From Bdellovibrionota bacterium (lineage in GTDB: Bacteria; Bdellovibrionota_C; UBA2361; JBGSMV01): a stretch of DNA of 19,711 nucleotides. The position numbers were made by a program, and so were the translations under genes. Shown piece after piece: positions 17,225 through 19,711 of the stretch. The stretch's first letter is position 1. Every line of letters starts with the position of its first letter. The stretch lies in NCBI GenBank assembly GCA_044356455.1, contig JBIKWF010000083.1:1-19711 (forward strand), written 5' to 3'. The notes beneath the pieces are model-generated. The model was not told the DNA's origin, ran no database searches, and was given only the letters and a program-made list of their open reading frames with translations.

Positions 17225-17344
17225 CTAGGGGGCCTCTGAGAACCCTCAATCCTTACTACACCTCTGTGTACCTCTGCGTCCTCTGTGGTGAAATTTGCAT
17301 CAAGTAATTCAACACAGGGGTGAGTTTTTTCAGAGGTTCCCAAG
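17225..17344. mobile_element. MITE-like element, family I (copy O)
   Basis: CTAGGGGGCCTCTGAGAAC ... GAGTTTTTTCAGAGGTTCCCAAG. Aligns to the reverse complement of copy A but lacks two 9-bp units in one arm. Abuts the HDOD gene stop. Confidence 0.78.
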
Positions 17345-18982
17345 TTACAGATCCTGCCAGCACTCAGCAACCGCGACTACAAGCATTTGCATGTCGAGCG
17401 GTAAAGAGGCAGAGCGCAGACCTCCAATTCGTTCGGCATAGAACACCCCCTGTACGACCCCATGCTGGATAATCGGGAATGCGCAGGCTTGCGCACCTTC
17501 AGGGGTAATTGGAACTCCCTTAAACACAGATTTGCGAGCGACTACTGCTTTTACTTCGGGGCCATCTCCAGAGTTTTCGGACTGCAGCGACTGCCGATAC
17601 TTCTGCAACCGTTCATGAGGAACTCCAAATGATGCCACCGCCTTGAGCTCTCCCGAGGAAAGGTCAACTCCAAGCAGCGCAGCTCTCTCGAATTGTAAGA
17701 CTCGGACCAGCGCCTGAAACGTGAGCCAGACGGCAAGCGAGAGTTCCGGCGAAGCCCCTCCTTTCGTTCCACGTTCAGCCTTTAGGGCTGGCATCAAGCG
17801 TTTAAGCTCCTCAATAAAGGCTCCCACAACTACATTTGAGACTTTTTTCAACGGCAGCTCTAAGACCGCCGCCGCTCCTTCTGCGGTACGCGAGAAAATG
17901 CCTGAATCAGGTAGTGGCATCTCCGGTAGTCCCGCTGCCTGCTGCTGGGTTAGACACTCTTCTTGAATTTTCTGCAGGAGAGGAGAAATCGTCCCCCCTG
18001 GCAGCTCAAGTCGAGTCTGAGCCTCTCGAATGAGCCCCTCAAAAGGTTGCCTCCCAGAAAATCTCAAGAACTCTTGAGCGAGCTCAGTGGCAAAAAAAGA
18101 GGTGGCAGCAATCAGCTTGGTAATTCGTCCCTCTGGAGTCTGGGTGCCGGCGGTAACCCGAATTGCCTGTACCGAACACATACCAAGCATTCGCTGAAAC
18201 TCTTCGGGCAAGCGTAGGTTACGCACGAGACCAAGCGTCAGCGCGGGCCTGGTGAATCCAAAGATTTTCTCAATCGGAGAACCAAGTGAACGCCGATCGA
18301 GTATGACCGTGGTACTTCCTCCAAGCTGCAATTCTGTGCTCGAAGTCGCAAGCATCATCCAGGCGTAGACCCCCGGCTCGTTCCAGGCAAGGGCGAGCAG
18401 CGGTGCCGAAAGCAGAGAAACGAGGACCTGCACCGAATCAAGGGTTATAAGTGCTGACGAAGCGGCCGGAAGAGCGTCAAAAACCTCGCGCGCGAATTGA
18501 CTGGCGACCACGTGCTCCTGCAGGGCGCAGGTATAGGCAAGATTACGCTTCATCAAAACGGTGAGATCAGTAGGCGCGCCAACCTCATCAACAATAGACA
18601 AGAGCCGCCTAGTACCGAGGAGCTTAATGGTCTCCGAAATTGAAGTGATGGCCGTTCCGCGTTGATAAAAAGCCCGGTTCACCTGAGCCAGAAGACGCGT
18701 CACGAGCACAGGATCCCGCAATACCAGGGCAACAAGTTCCGTAAGCGTCACGCGAGAGCCCGTTGAAGTACGGCTACCGGAAGCAGCATCCGCCGCGGCA
18801 CTTAGTTGTTGCGTTACTATGCGCGCAAAAGGGAGGTTCCCATTGGCTGCGAGGGACTGGAAAAGTTGATCTTCCCGCAACGCAGCTCTGTCGTGAGAAG
18901 GAGGCTGAGCGAGAAGTTTGATTAACGCATCATGCAGCATAGGAAGAATGACAAGCCTACTATGCAAATAGACTCCAGACAA
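17345..18982 (-). CDS. HDOD-domain protein with C-terminal GAF-like domain
   Basis: LP..., LVLRDPVLVTRLLAQVNRAFY...ITSISETIKLLG (HDOD). FERAALL and AFPIIQHGVVQGVFYAER (GAF). Start uncertain; ATG 18940 is possible. Confidence 0.75.
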   Translation of the reverse strand: MSGVYLHSRLVILPMLHDALIKLLAQPPSHDRAALREDQLFQSLAANGNLPFARIVTQQLSAAADAASGSRTSTGSRVTLTELVALVLRDPVLVTRLLAQVNRAFYQRGTAITSISETIKLLGTRRLLSIVDEVGAPTDLTVLMKRNLAYTCALQEHVVASQFAREVFDALPAASSALITLDSVQVLVSLLSAPLLALAWNEPGVYAWMMLATSSTELQLGGSTTVILDRRSLGSPIEKIFGFTRPALTLGLVRNLRLPEEFQRMLGMCSVQAIRVTAGTQTPEGRITKLIAATSFFATELAQEFLRFSGRQPFEGLIREAQTRLELPGGTISPLLQKIQEECLTQQQAAGLPEMPLPDSGIFSRTAEGAAAVLELPLKKVSNVVVGAFIEELKRLMPALKAERGTKGGASPELSLAVWLTFQALVRVLQFERAALLGVDLSSGELKAVASFGVPHERLQKYRQSLQSENSGDGPEVKAVVARKSVFKGVPITPEGAQACAFPIIQHGVVQGVFYAERIGGLRSASLPLDMQMLVVAVAECWQDL

Positions 18983-19036
18983 CGAAATCGGTCAGCCTCT
19001 TGCCCCGCGTAACGCACCCTGCCCCAATCCACCATT

Positions 19037-19095
19037 AAAAAAAGAAGGCCCGAGAAGTGCCAGCATCGCCCCAACGCTGGCACTTACTCGAGCCC
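19037..19095 (-). terminator. Long-stem rho-independent terminator downstream of flagellin
   Basis: Minus strand: GGCTCGAG-T-AAGTGCCAGCGT...ATGCTGGCACTT-CTCGGGCC followed by TTCTTTTTTT. Confidence 0.75.
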
Positions 19096-19352
19096 ACAGA
19101 AGTAGCAAGGTACCAATGTATCAAAAGTCCTTTTAGCCGACCTTCAATACACCGTTCTTCAGGCTTCAAGCGTGCCTGAAAAATTTGGGTGCTCCCCCAG
19201 TGAGGCGAAGAGGAATCTTCGCGCTCGCCCCTCAAGGATGGGCTGAACGAGCACCAAGGATAGATTCTCCGCACACGAGGTATGGAGGGCGTTCCCCTGA
19301 CTGTCACCAGAATTCAGGGGAACGCATGTCTATCAAGTATTATTTAACGAGA

Positions 19353-19711
19353 TTACCTGAGAAGCGAGAGTGCCAGCGACGGTTGCTGATTCGCCTGAGC
19401 AAGTACCGAAGCACCCGCCTGCTGCAAGATACTGAGTCTTGTCAGTTCCGCAGCTTCCGACGCGACGTCTACGTCGCGAATTCGGCTTTCTGCAGAAGCA
19501 AAGTTCTCTCGGGCTACCGTGAGACTTTGAATCGCTACGTTGAGCCGCGACTCAACCGCACCAAGCACACCGCGCGTTGCCGCAAGGGAGCTAATAGCGG
19601 AGTTCACGGCATCGAGCGCAATTCGTGAAGCTGATTGACCTCCTTCAATGTCGGTACCGTTGAGGGAGTAAGTAAGAGCCGAGCTTCCGGTACTCGCCAA
19701 GCCAAGTGAGG
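19353..19711 (-). CDS. fliC: Flagellin, C-terminal part (gene continues beyond the window)
   Basis: ALDAVNSAI..L...RG.LGA.ESRL, ENF.SAESRIRDVDVASE, ILQQAGASVLAQANQQP.LALSLLR match the Flagellin_C pattern. Confidence 0.93.
   Translation of the reverse strand, partial: SLGLASTGSSALTYSLNGTDIEGGQSASRIALDAVNSAISSLAATRGVLGAVESRLNVAIQSLTVARENFASAESRIRDVDVASEAAELTRLSILQQAGASVLAQANQQPSLALSLLR

Noticed and set aside
1461..17344. Repeated palindromic units as a CRISPR array
   Set aside because: The units are dispersed singly in spacers, have no regular repeat-spacer period, and no cas genes are present.
19117..19143. Sigma-28 promoter (TCAA...GCCGAC) near flagellin
   Set aside because: Spacing is too short for TAAA-N15-GCCGATAA and the -10 match is partial.

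Overview
A bacterial chromosomal window of mostly housekeeping genes. In order: a beta-CASP MBL-fold ribonuclease, mgtE, ftsY, a CgeB-like glycosyltransferase, a hexose-6-phosphate mutarotase, a three-gene accessory block (HATPase-like protein, secreted 6-Cys protein, XRE regulator), smc, pgsA, an SLT lytic transglycosylase, an HDOD-GAF protein and the 3' end of a flagellin. The main unexplained signal is intergenic. Almost every spacer holds a small non-coding palindromic element. (i) Six copies of a ~120-136 bp CTAG-bounded MITE-like family with GGAACCTCTGAAAAA-type ends. (ii) A second CTAG-bounded family. (iii) Two ~265 bp copies, about 96% identical over 235 bp, of a third family in inverted orientation around the accessory block. 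(iv) An inverted GTAG-REP pair. Families (i) and (ii), plus some copies without clear ends, carry a shared hairpin made of mirrored arrays of ~9-bp units whose sequence varies between loci but matches between the two arms. Many elements sit on or beside stop codons. Also notable: an atypical SMC (disordered head insertion with a duplicated RPxLxVI[ED]G motif, degenerate hinge glycines, apparently short arms), 15-bp tandem repeats upstream of smc and pgsA, and a structured ~290-nt trailer after the flagellin. No transposase, CRISPR array, tRNA or rRNA was seen. All calls come from manual motif recognition and hand alignment; no database searches were run.
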